A DNA stretch of 63,378 nucleotides, the filler included, from Hyphochytrium catenoides (taxonomy: Eukaryota > Protista > Hyphochytriomycota), in the NCBI GenBank assembly GCA_900088475.1. It is 11 parts of 11 records of this genome, joined end to end, with 100 filler letters (N's around TTAATTAATTAA, not from the genome) between each part and the next. Parts side by side here need not be neighbours in the genome. Positions count along the whole stretch, not along the records: positions 1 to 2,022 come from FLMG01000822.1; positions 2,123 to 14,275 come from FLMG01002837.1; 9 more parts are not named here. The stretch is one strand, 5' to 3'. Positions 1 to 13,453 of this stretch are shown here, piece after piece. A program made the translations under genes and the position numbers. Position 1 is the stretch's first letter. Every line of letters begins with the position of its first letter. Under the pieces are notes generated by a model. That model was not told the origin of the DNA and did not search any database. It saw nothing but the letters and a program-made list of their open reading frames with translations.

Positions 1-117
1 ACTAGACAACGTGATAACTAGGAAACAGGGTCCCATAAGCTCTTCATACTCATTTCGAGCATATCAGTAGACCACATAACCTAAATAAGAGTGTCTTCAA
101 ATCCATACATTATAACA
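1..117 (+). mobile_element. Ty1/Copia LTR (family A), 3' part
   Basis: Matches the 3' part of the LTRs at 16686-17001 and 17717-18038; ends ...TATAACA. Confidence 0.85.
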
Positions 118-535
118 GTCAATACTCCTAGCTACCCAGCAATGTATACATCCTACTCGTTGTAGATCATCACGCGCGGAGGTGCTTTGTACAAATTTTA
201 AGAAGCAAAGCAGAGGCAGAAGGTAAGCTGGAGGAGCTTATTCTCTTTATGGAGAACCAGAACGGTCAGTGTGTCAAGAAGATGATGACTTCGTGAGCGG
301 CGCTGCTCACAGTGTCTGCTCTCGCCGCGGAATCCTGCACTCACCTACACCTGCTTATTCACCCTCTAGCAACGGATGCTGTGAACATTGGATGAGAACT
401 GCCATGCAAGCGACGAGATGCCTTTTGATTGCTGCTGAGCTACTACCTAACCTCTTTTGGGCAGATGCATCGGCTTCAGCTGTTCACGTCGTCAACCGCT
501 GCCCCACTGGCTGTCTCGCTGGCTCTACTCCATAA
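118..535 (+). pseudogene. Copia integrase core fragment
   Basis: Translates YILLVVDHHARRCFVQILRSKAEA... and, after a frameshift, TPAYSPSSNGCCEHWMRT...FWADASASAVHVVNRCPT, typical of a Copia rve domain. Confidence 0.85.
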
Positions 536-537
536 CC

Positions 538-859
538 TGTTGGATTATATGGGTTGATTGGACAATGTCATTAGATGAGAGTGCTCTACTTATAAGCCCA
601 ACTGGGTCCCATAATCTAGAGCTATTCTGCCTATGCCAACTATTGCTAATAAACCCTAAGATATTCAGTCATAGAGAAATCCCTGTCTAGAACAATCAGT
701 CTTGAAGGTATTCCGGGGTACCGCCCATAAGCCATAGATATAAACAGGGACATCTCTTTTGCTTCATATGTCGGCTTCTACTGGCAGTTTGGAGCTGAAA
801 CTTGGGTAGTTAGGCTTGCCAGCTTGTAGGCCACATAGCTGTGCCCTCAAACTTCAACA
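538..859 (-). mobile_element. LTR (family B)
   Basis: TG...CA termini (TGTTGAAGT...ATCCAACA on the minus strand); internally similar to the PPT-preceded LTR at 19122. No target-site duplication seen. Confidence 0.65.
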
Positions 860-984
860 GCTCTTAGAGGCATAGTGGTTACCAGTATAAACTGTGTTAT
901 GGGTGAAGAGAGATGTCAGGAGAATTCCCTGACCTCTTCTTTTGAGCAAAAGCACTTTGTTAGGAGGATTGCAATGAGGCGCAG

Positions 985-1117
985 ATTGATCAGCAAGAAC
1001 CAAGGGAGACATTCATTGAGTCAATTCACAGATAATTATCAACAAGTCCCTTTGTTATCTGTTCACCTAAACAGAGCTTCAGACGTCATCAACATCTCAC
1101 TCTGCTAAATTTCATCA
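985..1117 (+). repeat. Dispersed repeat, probable LTR end (family C)
   Basis: Similar to 17235-17373; both end ...AAATTTCATCA and abut Copia RNase H sequence. Confidence 0.55.
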
Positions 1118-1974
1118 GTTAGCCTAGTCAGCATCGGCAACAAAGAGCTTGAGGTTGTGACCGTCACTTCCCCCTAGACATAGTGCGTAGCAGCTGTTAA
1201 TACCCTTCAAGTATCGAAAGATTCTCTTGACGCTTTCCGGTGGACATTCCTGAATTTGACCATATGTTGACTTACTGACTGTACTGCGTAGGCTATGTCT
1301 AGTCGAGCCGCAACCATGAGGTGTAGTAGTGCTCCAACAGCATTGCGGTAGGGAATTTGTATTAACTCCTGCTTTTCGGACTTAACGCTGGGAGCTCGCA
1401 AGCCATGGGAAGATGCTCCCCTGCCACAGCTGGGGTGCTGGTTGGGTTGGATTCGTATTCAGTACGTCTTGGTTATGTCTCGTCTGTCTAAGGTATATCC
1501 TGCGATTTGGTCGGTCTCTAAGAACTTCAACCCCAAGGAAACCTTGCAATTCTCCCAGGTCCGTGACATGGAAGCGATTCGCGAGCAGCTGCTTGACTTG
1601 AGTGACTAAATGGTGGTGTCTGGAGCAAATATCAGTGTGTCACCAACGAAGGCGGAGATGATTGTTGGTTTGGAACCATCGTTGGAATTGCGAATATAGA
1701 GGCATGGCTCGCAGAGACTGGATTCAAAACCATGATCACGCAGACATCCGTCGAGGACTTTATTCCATTGCCGGGGACTTGTTTGAGGCCATAGATACTC
1801 CGCTTGAGCTTGCAGACCATGTTCTTCTTCCCTCCAGATTGCTGGAAGCCACGAGGCTGACGCATATATATGGTCTCTTCCAAATAGCCATGGAGAAGGC
1901 TGTTTTGATGTCAACGTAGTGGATCTCGAGATCATATGTGGCCGCCAATGAGAGAAGACATCGCCATGACTCAT
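1118..1974 (-). pseudogene. Copia reverse transcriptase to RNase H fragment
   Basis: Motifs LAATYDLEIHYVDIKTAF, EETIYMRQPRGF, KLKRSIYGLKQ, PYRNAVGALLHL and DAD*A (from DADWA), with several frameshifts. Confidence 0.9.
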
Positions 1975-2022
1975 TGTTACAATGTATGGGATTTGAAGAC
2001 ACTCTTATTTAGGTTATGTGGT
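1975..2022 (-). mobile_element. Copia LTR (family A) 3' end abutting RT sequence
   Basis: Reverse complement of the family A LTR end (ACCACATAACC...TGTAACA); cut by the scaffold end. Confidence 0.8.
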
Positions 2023-2122
2023 NNNNNNNNNNNNNNNNNNNNNNNNNNNNNNNNNNNNNNNNNNNNTTAATTAATTAANNNNNNNNNNNNNNNNNNNNNN
2101 NNNNNNNNNNNNNNNNNNNNNN
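2023..2122. other. Artificial scaffold linker N44-TTAATTAATTAA-N44
   Basis: Six-frame stop 12-mer within Ns. Recurs at 14276, 16574, 20027, 42180, 43430, 45411, 48436, 51386 and 62162 (100 bp each). Confidence 0.97.
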
Positions 2123-2460
2123 AATTACAACCAAGGATGGAAACCCACACTTGGGAGATCTGAACTCTCTCGCTCTCGCCCTCTCTCTGGCGTGCCCTCC
2201 TTGTGCTAACTCCTCTTCTCCATTCCCACATTATCTCACTTCTATCCCTCCAAATGCAATACCAAAGGAGGTAGTAGGGGAGGAGAAGAGGAAGCTTAGG
2301 CATGGAGCATGCTCCCTTCCTTGCTTGGGGACGGGCAAAAGGATGACGACGTTTATCTCCTTTGTTACTTCGTTTACTCGTGCGTCCTTATTACTCAGCT
2401 GCTCTCGCGATTACCTTTCTTTTCACTTTCTTCGATACTACTAGCCTACTCTTCCAAATT

Positions 2461-3470
2461 TAGGTGCAAACTCTTACGTGTTGGTCTAGGTGCCATAGGC
2501 CTCCTCCTTAGCGCCAGTCATGGTGGCCAGTGGAGGTGGTGCAGCGTAGGTACCATCCTCGATACCAGGCTACGACGTGCGAGCGTAGGTACCAGCCATA
2601 GAGTGCCACAGCGTAGAGTTGTCGGCCTCAAAATGAAAGCTGTAGGCCGGAAATGGCCATCGTAGGTGTCAAGCTATGTACCCTTGGAGTTCTTTTTGAT
2701 GCCAGTTTTGCTACCAGCCTTAGTAAGTGTGAGCCAAACTTGCAGCGTACGTCTCAATCGATACCAAGCTAAGTAGGTATTAGCCTAGCCTAGGAGGCCA
2801 CTTGATTGCATGGCGTGATGCCAACAGTAGTTGCCCGCTTAGAAACCACCCCAAGGTGTTGTCCAGCAGCTCAGAAAACAGCCAGCCGCATATGTAGCTT
2901 TCTTGGCCTCCTTGGTGTCAGGCCCGGTGCCAGGACAGGTAGCTGCCTAGGTAATTATTCTAGGTGCAGGTCTATTCTTAGCTCCGGCATTTGGGCCAAC
3001 GTATAGGTAAGTACCAGCGTTATTATTGCTGATCTGCTCTCGCTTCTTATTAGCGTCAACTTGCCTTTAGTGTCGGCCCAGGTGCCACCTTTAAGACCAC
3101 ACTTAGTTGCTATCTTGGTTAGGTTAGGTTATAAACCCTAATACTAAGCGGCATGTACCCGCCTAGAAGATGCCAAGCCTCATACCGGTATTACGTGGAA
3201 GCCAACTACCTGTCATCCTCATTCTAAGCTTTAGTTGTCAGCGTAATTTGTCATCCAGGCAGGCAGTAGGGCCACCCCTGGTGCTAACGTAGTTGTGTGC
3301 CAAATGCCAGGCTTAGGGCCAGTCTACGTGCCAACCTTAGGTGCCGGCTTCGGAGACCACTTGGCTCTTACTCTTGGTGTCGACGCCTAGGTGCCTGCGT
3401 ATATTCTAGTTTACTAGTCAGGCTAGCTGTATCCGGCGGTTTCAGCAAAGATTATTTCCAGATTACTGAT
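2461..3470. repeat. Degenerate minisatellite (~12-13 bp unit, GGTGCCAGC(C/G)TA-like)
   Basis: Recurrent ggtgcca/gtaccagc/gatgccag motifs; similar texture resumes at ~4920-5280. Confidence 0.55.
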
Positions 3471-3682
3471 TTCCTTCTGCTCACCACCCCGATGACGTGA
3501 CAGTGCATGCAATGTATGACAAGCCTCTGGCGGGGGGGATCAAACTGGAGCTTGACAAAACTAGCCTGGGAGCTCTCCTTGCCGCATAGCTGGGTCGAGC
3601 GGGAGAATGCTCTTGAGGGCCAGAGATTAGGTCTTCGTAGCAGTTGATTGTGCGCGCTCTTAGCGTAGCAAATGTTCGGGAG

Positions 3683-4377
3683 TGTTAGCTTGAGAGCCTT
3701 CTGCCTGCTTGGCGCCCTACCATTCTCGCCGCCGTGTCTTCCGTCTGGACGAGTTGATAGGCCGGGAAGCCCTTTTGGTAAGCGTCAGAGAGCAACAAGG
3801 GTCTCAAGAGCTTGATGTCTAACCCTAAGCCGACCGTTCATTAGTGTAGTCGCGCCTTTTACCCTCAGGGAATGTGTTGAGTACCGTTCGGGCGGATTTC
3901 CATAGGCTGCTGCTGCTTGCTTCACCAGCTTGCCCACGTCTTCTGCAGAAAATGTAAAGAGTACTGGAAGTTACTGCTGACGTTCGGACTCTGCACTGGA
4001 AGTCTCTCGCGCACTGTCTCTGCACTAGACCGTGCTGGTCTTCTGCGTTAGACTTTGCAGATGGAAGTTCTGATGGCGCTCTGAACTTCTCACTGAACAC
4101 AAGGATTGAAGCTCTTGAAAGCCTTTCTTCCTTCGTGTCTCTTCTGAGGTCTTTCTCTCTCATTCCCTTCTACTTCTATCTTCTTGGCATGTGTTGCTCT
4201 TTCATCGTAGAACTTGGATATAGGAAGTAGCTCAGTAGTTTCTTTAGTAAGTTAGCGACTGACGTACTTTAGCTAGTTAGCTCTAGAAGAATCACTAGAC
4301 AAGAGCTTGATGAGCACTTGGTCACTTTGATCAACTAATTCATTCATCAATCTCTTACGAAGAGCACAAGTCCAACA
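3683..4377 (+). mobile_element. Putative LTR (~695 bp)
   Basis: Purine tract GGGAG followed by TGTTAG... and ending ...CCAACA; no second copy in the window. Confidence 0.35.
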
Positions 4378-7300
4378 CTACCTCTCAACGAGCACTCAGC
4401 TAAAGAAAAGTAATCCCGGGCGGTCCTATCGCTCAGCGTCCGCTCGTCGCCTGGATGACCCCTGGCCGAGTGAAACACCTTCAGAAGACAGTCCGCTTTG
4501 ACAGGGCACAGAAGAGAGTGTCCTGACCTTCGTCAGCGACGTTGGGACCCTCTCCCAATCTAGTCGTCGTTTTGCCGCCGTGTAAATCGATAGGGACTAC
4601 CTCTGTCCTGGTACTGTCTTCGCATGGTCAGTCGGGGCAGTCCCAAAGCCGTAGGTCGTTGATTCGAAGAACGTTGGAACCATGTCCTCTGCAGTATGCA
4701 GCGAAAGCGTCAAGCTGCTTAGTTGACTAACTGTTTCTACTGCGCTGGACGGGTGTAGTCAGCTGTACCTCCCCTCTCTGTTGCCACTGTGTCTAGGTTC
4801 TGGGCAGGCGCCAAAGGCTGAGGCTGACCGAGCATATCTGAGACTGGGGAGCGAGGTCAGCCTCATCCTCTAACGGCGCCAGAAAAAACCTAATATCCCC
4901 CGGATATCTCGCCTAATCTAATTGCCTACCTAGATGTCAACCTACATGTCAGTCCCAGTGGCAGCCGATTTACCGCGGTAGCTTGGTCCCAGGCTAAGCA
5001 TTCGTGACTGACCATAGTCCTTAAGCAGCGCCAGCTTTGCTGTCAGTCTAGATGCCAGCCTCACCTACTGCTTAGGCCTACTAGTTTGCCGGAATAGGTG
5101 CCAGATCGGTTCCAGGCTTAGGCCAGCCTAGTATTATGTACCAGCATAGATGACTTACCCTACTCTATGATGCAAGACCAACCCAGCTGTCCGCGGAGGC
5201 GTCAGCACCAAGTGCTGCAGCACCCAGAAGCGAGCTGAGGTAATTGACCCCAAAGCTAAGCGTTCAGTGGCAGGTCAGCCACCGCTAACCCTAACCCTAT
5301 ACTATGTATTAAAGCATTCTCTTCAACAGTACCCTTTCTCTTGCTCACCTACCAGAGAGTTATGATGGTCTTGTGTGCCCTTTCTTCTCCTCCTCTCTCT
5401 CCGATTGTGATTGCTGAGGAAATCAGCAGCTATGATGGCTCCTTTCCTGTCTTGATGGTGGACCGGGGGTTAGACAGACCACGACTTCGTAGCGTGCTTC
5501 TTTCTTTTGTTTATGCTTGCTTCTATCTTTCTTAATCTCCTTGCCTTCTCTGGAAGTACTAATTCAGAAGCAACAAGAGAAAGCATTGCTCGTCATCTAT
5601 ATATAGTAGGATGATTTTAGAGACAGATGAATGTCCGGGATAATAGGGCACATACACTCACGAGATGATTGGCAGACGCTAGTGTCGCTCAATATTTGAA
5701 AAAATAAGGTTAAAAGCAGCGAGAGAAAGAAGTACCCGGCTAGCTATTGATGGCTCACACTATACAACGTAATAGAGGGGTAGTAGGATGGCAACGAATA
5801 TCATATGAATGAGAGCGCAAAGAGGAAGGCGGTGGAGGTAAAGAAAGTCAGGGCAACAGGTACAAAATGTCCTGTAGGAGCAAGCGGACGGAAAGGAAGA
5901 AGGAAAGCATGAATGAAGTTCGGCGAGACAGAGAGCACAAAAGAGAAAGAAGAGAAGGTACGGAGACCCTCAAGTAAAAAGAGACACTGAGTTCGGAGGG
6001 ACGAGGGATAATGTTTTTGTTCATTACTTATGATCCCCAAAGCAGCAGCGTGAAAAGGAAAGATGGCCGAATAGATTGTAAGAGTATCCTAAGCTAGGAG
6101 AGCAAAACAGGCTAAGGAATAAAAAGCAAGAAGAGAAAGCGAAGCTCAAGGTATTCAGATGTAGAAAAGCTTACGAACAAGCGGAGAATGGCGAGACGTT
6201 ATCTACGACAAGGGAGGGTAGCCAAGAGGGCGAAATAAAGGAGATGGAATCGGGCCTTTCACCCGTATTTACTGAAAACAGCCGAGTAAGAGTGAGCCAA
6301 GACGGAAGGAGATCAAGCTGAGAGAACCACCCAAAAGGTGCAGACAAGGAAGACAACAAAAAGAGCAAGTGTTACAACCTAAGAAGCAAATGCAAGTGGG
6401 ACAGGGAGGGGCTATCCAGAACGAGTGAAACATGCAACAGAAAACAGATTACTTGTCTCCCCAAGCAATAGAGACACCAAGGGAGATTGTCCTTAGAGGC
6501 AACGACAAGAGATCACCAGGACGAATGCAAGATTAAGATGGAGCAAATGAAAGAAGGAGTGGTAGAGTGCACTGAAGGAGGCAACCAGGCACATATATAT
6601 AAATATATAAATAGAGAGAGAGAGAGGCACATCTTAAGAACAGAGGCACGTAGTGAGAGCTGATGAGGCGGAAAGCAATGGTCCATATTATGGGCTCTCG
6701 TTACAGGGTAGAATTAGACGAATTATTTAGGAGTGTAGAAAGCGAAAAGGAGGCAGTGAGGAAAAGAAGACGGAAGACCAAAGGAAGAATTGGGACGCGA
6801 GGAAATGAGAACGTTCCCAGCGAGAAGGAGAGAAAGACAGACAGAGACACAACGAGAGAGGGGGTCATGGTGAAGGCGATGGGAGGCGAGTCAACCTGAG
6901 ACGAGATATCTTTACTCTCCTCTACATCTTCGCTCTACCTGATCAAAGTTCCCAGGGAGCGCAACCCAATTCTGACATGATTTCTCGTGCTTGGCTCCAT
7001 GTCAATCTATCATAAAGAAGACAGAGCTGAGTTAGGAATAGTATGCGCGATGCTATTATGAAAGCGGATTGGGAGAGTAGCAGCGAGAGGGGGGGATAGA
7101 GGGTTTAGAGGAAGGTTCATGACTGAGGAGGGAAAAGCTCGGAAACATTGAAGGAGGAGAAAAAGATCGTGCAAGGAAATAGAGGAGGAGCGGTACAGCG
7201 AGAAAACGAAAAGAAAACAAGGTGAGGGGGATTGTGACTGCAGAGAGAGAGAGACACGAAGAGAGACAACACACGAGAGAAAGGAGAGAGTGGAAAGAAA

Positions 7301-10300
7301 TCTGATGACTTTTAGCAGAGGTAGATGTTGATGATGCCTGAAGCTCTGTCTGGATGAACATGTAACAAAGGGACTTGATGATAATTATGTGTCAATTGGA
7401 ATGACTGTGTCACTCTTGGTGCTCTATCTGCGAACAGCGACTGGAAGAGATAACTAGGGAGAAGCGGAAAGAGAAGCAAGAAGAACGCCTGCTGCAGGAG
7501 GAAGAGTAAGAAGAAAGGCAGTCATGGCGAAGAGAGATAAGGTTAGAGAAAGAGGGAAAGACCCAGCCGTAGATAGCGAAGAGGCCAGGTAGGGCCGAAA
7601 AGGGAAGGGAGAGGGCCAATTTGAGGAGGAACGTAAAGATTTACGGTAACATAATAGGAGAAGAGAAAGAGAGTCAAGGTAAGAAAGCAAGGCGGAACAG
7701 AAGAGACAGGAGGCAAATCTGGGGAAAAAGAGAATGATTGATCAGTATGAAGGCGCTTCGTCCTGAGAAGTTGATTCAGACTTAACTCCAGATTCCCTCT
7801 TTGCTGCGCCCTCCACATCTGCTGTCAACGATTTAAGCAAACTTGGCGGTGACTCGAGCCTAGCCTGCCACCTGGAACCTGTGGCAAGACGATGCAAGTT
7901 GAAAACGAGAGGCACTCAGCTTTGCAGCAGTTTGTGATGCACGTGGGGAAAAGGCTCGGGGTGTGTGGGGAGAGGGGGAGGGGCAGGGGATTGTAGCGAA
8001 AGTGCATCGTGAGGAGGCACGGAGTACTCCCTTCAGTAAGCATAGGTGAGTACCGGCAATTGTTGGGGCGCTGGGCGTCGGACCTTGATTATTGCTGCCG
8101 CTACGGGGTCCGGCAGTCGCTGTGATATCTACTGCTGAGCAACTCAATCACCTGTACAGGAGAACAAAGGGTCGCGGGGAAACTGGAGCGAAAGCTTTTT
8201 CCTCAGCACCTCGGAGGCGACGTAGGAAAACAGCTGCTAAAGCCATGATGCGATACCGCATATTGTACAAAGATAGAACCTTGTTGGGGAGAGATTGGAA
8301 AGTGCTGAAGCAAGTGAGACCAGAACAAGAGCCATAAAAAGAAGCGAAAAGGGGGAAAAGGAAGAGAGGAGAGCTTTAGAAGAGAGAGGTACAAAAATCC
8401 CAAGAAGGAGAAGAGAGAAGAGTAGCAGCTTACGAGGTTGGAGAAATCAAAGAACAGAGACACCTACACAAACAGATAAGACAACCGAGCATTTTTTGAG
8501 ACTCAGAAGAATGATGAGCAAGAGACAAATAGAGAGGAAATTAAGAAGAGGAGCAGAAGGGGCACAGCGAGATAAAAGAGAGAGAGAGACGAATGCAGAT
8601 GATGAAGTATATCATCATCAGCAAGAGAGTGTTCATCATCGTGTGGCTTTGATACAAATCGTCCTCAAAGAAGACTTGCCCCTCCGATAGCAATCTGACA
8701 TCTGGCCGCTGTTGCTGTCTCCAAGGTGGAGAAGTAACTCAGCAGATGGGTATATCAGCCATCGGGGCTACTCTGACTCTGACTCATCATACAGCGTTCT
8801 TGGAAGTGCCGGCCATTAGTGGGGCGGCGGGCCTGTATCGCCGCTGCCGCGCTGCCGCTACCAGCTTGAGAAGAAGTCTCTGTGCAGTAGCCTCCCCTCT
8901 GCTACAGAAGGACAAAAGAAGCACACCAGGTAAGCCCAGGGCTCCCCCTGGAAGGAGCCAACCGTTACCCGTCCCCCTTTGCAGACAAGTACGAGTAGAA
9001 AGGACTAAATTGCCAGCATTTTTTTGCGAGAGGGGAATCATCAGGGCTCTAAGATCTCTGTCTGCTGGTCAGGCGCCGTCTACTTTATATCCCGTTGAGA
9101 AGAAACCACTGCCCGGCTTTCCCTAGAAGGTCGAGGCGCCCGAGCTGGGGATCAGTATTGCTGCCCATCATCAATGAAGAATCAGGCTGATCCGCTGGCT
9201 CTTCTTAACGGAGAGGGAGCAGAGAGTTCGCTATGCCGAGATAAACACAATCACCGGACGGCTGCTCTTTTTCAGCTCAAATATCGACAGTGGCTGAGCT
9301 GACGATGATGATAGGCCTTGAACCGGATGAACAGGAGGAGAGTAACTTACTTCCCTTGTTTCCAGTTTGAGCCTGCTGATGCGCTCGTTTTCGTCAGACT
9401 CGTCGGTCGATACTCTGTGCATCTGCTTGAAGGATACCTCCTAATACCGTTGATTGTACCGTCCGTCAATCAGTCATGGCAGCTTGGCGGTGGTTGGCTC
9501 TTTGTCCCTACCGTCTTTACACAGACGCCGCTCTTTTTCCCGTTCAGGTAGGAGCGGAATGGAGCTGCCATTCTGTGCGCTCTGCCGCACTGGAACGGTC
9601 ACCCTACAGTCCGTGCACTATGAAGTCTGATGCCTGCGGCGTAACCTTAGCACTTTGTCATTCATCGGCTGCTGGATTGTGGTTAGATGTTGAAAGAACG
9701 ATGACAGATGTTTCAACGCGTCAAACTCCTTCATCAGGAGAGGGAGCAGCTCTTGTTTTCAACAAAAGGTATGGCTCAATTCTACCAGGCTAGTTGTTCT
9801 CGCTCTCTTTTTTGTCTCCTTGTCTCTCTCTCTATCCATTCAACTCTTATATCTGTCTTGCCTTCTCTCTCCGTCTTCCCTAAGCACGCCCTCGCTCTAT
9901 GCCAACTGTTCACAATCATCCCGCCTCCAGACACAATCTTTGGTGGTTCTTTCAGGTATCCCAAAAAGCTCTCAGTCTCTAATCCTGTGTGTAGCAGCCT
10001 GGCCAGCCCAATCTTGAGTTGCGGGCCACATAAAGTGATTTTCTTGATCTATGTTTATTGCTTCTTCTCTGCCATGGCCTCCATAACCCTCTGTTTATCA
10101 ACTTTGCCTTTTTCCTTTTCCTTTCCACCTCCATTGCCTTTCGCTTTACTTCTGAAGTGAAGACATGCCTTAGCAGTCCTTCTCTTGCTGCGGGCAACTA
10201 ACTGCTATCACCCTCTTGTAGTTTGCTGTCATACGCGCGTGTTTCTTTTCTTAAGATTTCCGACTTTCCCGTCTCCTCCACTGACTATTTGACATCAACA

Positions 10301-13300
10301 GACCTGACGTGCAGGCGTAGAGGATACAAAGCGGCGGCCATGACTCAGGGCCATCCCTCCTCGTACCCTCTCCCACTTTCTTCCGTTTAGTGGTCATGCT
10401 CGTTCGTTCTTATATTGTCTATAGAGTTTCGTCTTTCTGCCCATGAGTACCCGTCTGACTTCTCTGGCTGCCGCAGCTAAAGCCTCTAATACAGATTAGA
10501 GTCACGTTGCTTGCGGCTTTTTCTGCTCTATCACAATCTCATTTCGTTCTCTCTCTAGTATCATCTCCCCTCCTCTCTCTCTGTTCAAGGGTCTTTTCCC
10601 TTTTGGTATCTTTTATCGCGTCGGCCTTTACTTCAAGAATCATCCTCTTCTTTCCTATGGACATCTCCTATCTCAGCGTTCTTGTTATCACACCGCGTCG
10701 CTTTTACTTGCTCTGCGGCTCATTCTTCGTCTAAGTCCTAACCTTTTCTGTTCGTCCTACACTTCTTTTACAGGCCGCTCTCATTCTCTTGCAGTACTGC
10801 CCTACTCCTTCTTTTCTCTTCTCTCTTTCAATCGCCAAATATTCCTCTTTGTAATCTTGTCCGTTGGTCATAGCTTCACAGTTACTTCCCCTCTTTACTG
10901 GTAGCAGCTTAGGCAACAAAGAACTATTTAATGGACCATAAGACCGTCCCGCTTATTATGTCTCCTTCCTGGCCCAACTTTTTCACCTTCACATTCTCCA
11001 CTTCTCCTCGGCAATCAATCGTCTCTCTCTCTCTGTCTCCTCCTTACTATACAAGATGTTGGCTGTCCCGCCGAAGAGCTTTGATTATCCTATTCGGATG
11101 GCAAACAACATGGAATAGAGAACAGATAATGGACAAAAGTATTGGAAAATCTTCCTTACACGACATGAAGGGGAGTCGGTCTAAATGGATTACCCGCTGT
11201 AGGTGCATAGGTCAAGGAGTAAAAAATTTGATGTTCAATGCCCAGGTTGACTTGACCTGAGCAGCCCAAGGGTACTTAACGTGGTGAGTGAGGGAAGGAG
11301 AGAAATATTATCATGTAGAGCACCAGGGTTACATAGGAGGCGAGGTCGCAGTCTGAATCAAAGGTCCCATCACCGATCCTCGACGTAGGAGCAGAGAGTT
11401 CAAGAGGCTGCAAGGACGTGCACTATGAACCATGAAGGCGATGCGCGAACTATAATAAGCAACAGGTCCATCATTAGTAGAAGAAAAGTAAATGTGAGCG
11501 GCTGACGGACAGATTCAGAAATCCACTAAGGATTGATTAGCACTAGCCGTATTGGTAAGGCGCAGAAGTATGAGGACACGGCCGTACTACTTACACTACC
11601 AGAGACATCATAGACAACAATACTCTCAATGGCCCAGCGCACGTTCTAGAGTCTAAACAATTCTGTCAAAGAGGGAAAAATTGAACGCACTATCAGACGA
11701 CGGAAAAGAGATCAAGTTTGAAATGAAGAGCACAGAGCAGCTGGAGAACGTCTCTCCTTTCACTGCGCCTAATGACCTGTGGAATCCCGCGGCACCAGGA
11801 GCTTGCTAAGCATTGGCTCGTTAATAGCAGCAACTTCTACCACCGTAGCCGAACCCTAAGCTTCATCGTCCACGTTACTTCTGCAGCAGGAAGAGCGATG
11901 AGTGGGTTTAATCCTCGACTGATGATTCATNNNNNNNNNNNNNNNNNNNNNNNNNNNNNNNNNNNNNNNNNNNNNNNNNNNNNNNNNNNNNNNNNNNNNN
12001 NNAGAAGTGTGAAGGAGAGAGACAAAATATATGTGGCGCTCTTGATTCCTCCTCCTCAACCCAATGATACTACGCTTCTGCCGACATAGAGTTCTTTCTA
12101 GGGAACTCAACCCCCTTCTTTGCCTCTCTACGCTTCGTCTCTCACAGGAGAAAGCGAATTTCTTGGGTGCCAAGAAAGTGCTCTCACGGTATTAGTAATA
12201 GGTTACATTTGCAGTTAACAGGGATAGGAACCAGAAGCCCATCAGATAATCAGAGTCACTACGACCATTGTCGTCCCTGGGCGGTGATGGACGACTCAGC
12301 TCCATTCTGAGAGAATGCACATCCCCAGCTGTGGCCCAGCCGCCCAGTCCTGTCTTCTGAAGATCCACCATGATCTGTGAGGCAGCTGCTCCAGGCTTCG
12401 CCTACAATCAGCCTTGGCAGCAGCGGCGATCATCAACATTCACTACTCAGCAGTCCGCCGCCTCAAGCCACCATTCATCCGCAGCCAACTCTTGTGTGCT
12501 CGTCACTCTTGCTTCTGAATTTGTGGCAACATTTGGTCTTTGTCTTCTTGCTTCCTTGTTTGTTGGCAGTCCCTTGAAGAACCATGGTCGATGACATCGT
12601 CTACGAGATCGTAGGCCTGTCTGTCCTGGTAAGAGAGAGCCGCCAATAGTTCAAGTTCGATCCTGATGATGGTGGATAAAACCCTTTTTCTCCCTACCCC
12701 TTTTGCCCTTCCGCTCCCTCTTTCGTTGTCCCTTACACTCTCCCTCTACCGCTTCTCTCTCTTTCTTTTTCTCTTTATTCGTGCTCTCTCTTCCTCTCCT
12801 CCTTTTCTGTCTCTCTCCTTCTCTGTCTCTCCTATGACGCCTATCGTGCGAACATTGCTCTCGATGATCTTTTAGTGCTCCTAAACTAACAATATCCCTA
12901 CAAGGGAAAGGCCAGATTCGCACCAACAACTTTTCACTACTAGGAGTGAGTTCCCCTCTGTAGTTTGGTTTTCGCCCCTGATAGGCCACCAAAAGTTGCG
13001 CTGGGAGAAGCAGAAGAACGGAGCCCGTAGCACTCTAGGCAGAACGACGAGAAGAGAGAGAACAGATACAGAGAGCTTCTGCTGGGCAGTTAGATTGCGA
13101 GAGCTATGAGAGAAATAGAGGGAGGGGGAGGGCCAATTGACAACAAGAGCCGGACAACAGGTGTAGTATGGTGGTGTCCCACCAACCAACCCTGTTTGAG
13201 GAATGAGGTTGAGGCAGCAACAAGGCAAAGGAGCAAAGAGGAAAGCGCAGGGAGGAGAAGGGAACAGGAGCATAGGACAGGCGGAATATTGAGAACGGAT

Positions 13301-13453
13301 TAGGAGAACCTCTACTATCTGGCAGAGATCAGGGAGAATGGAATGGAGCGTAGAACAGGATATTAAGACCAGGAGAAGAGACCAGGGCGGGATATTGAAG
13401 ACCAGGAGACGAGAAGCGAGGCAACTAGGATGATGCTACGCCAGCGTCAGGGA

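Noticed and set aside
6655-6685. CTGATGAG...GAAA hammerhead-like core (other CTGATGA sites also inspected)
   Set aside because: No stem II or flanking stems could be formed.
5300-13400. Exon-like patches in the long second scaffold
   Set aside because: Riddled with stops and no recognisable domain; probably old pseudogene or TE debris, so nothing supportable.
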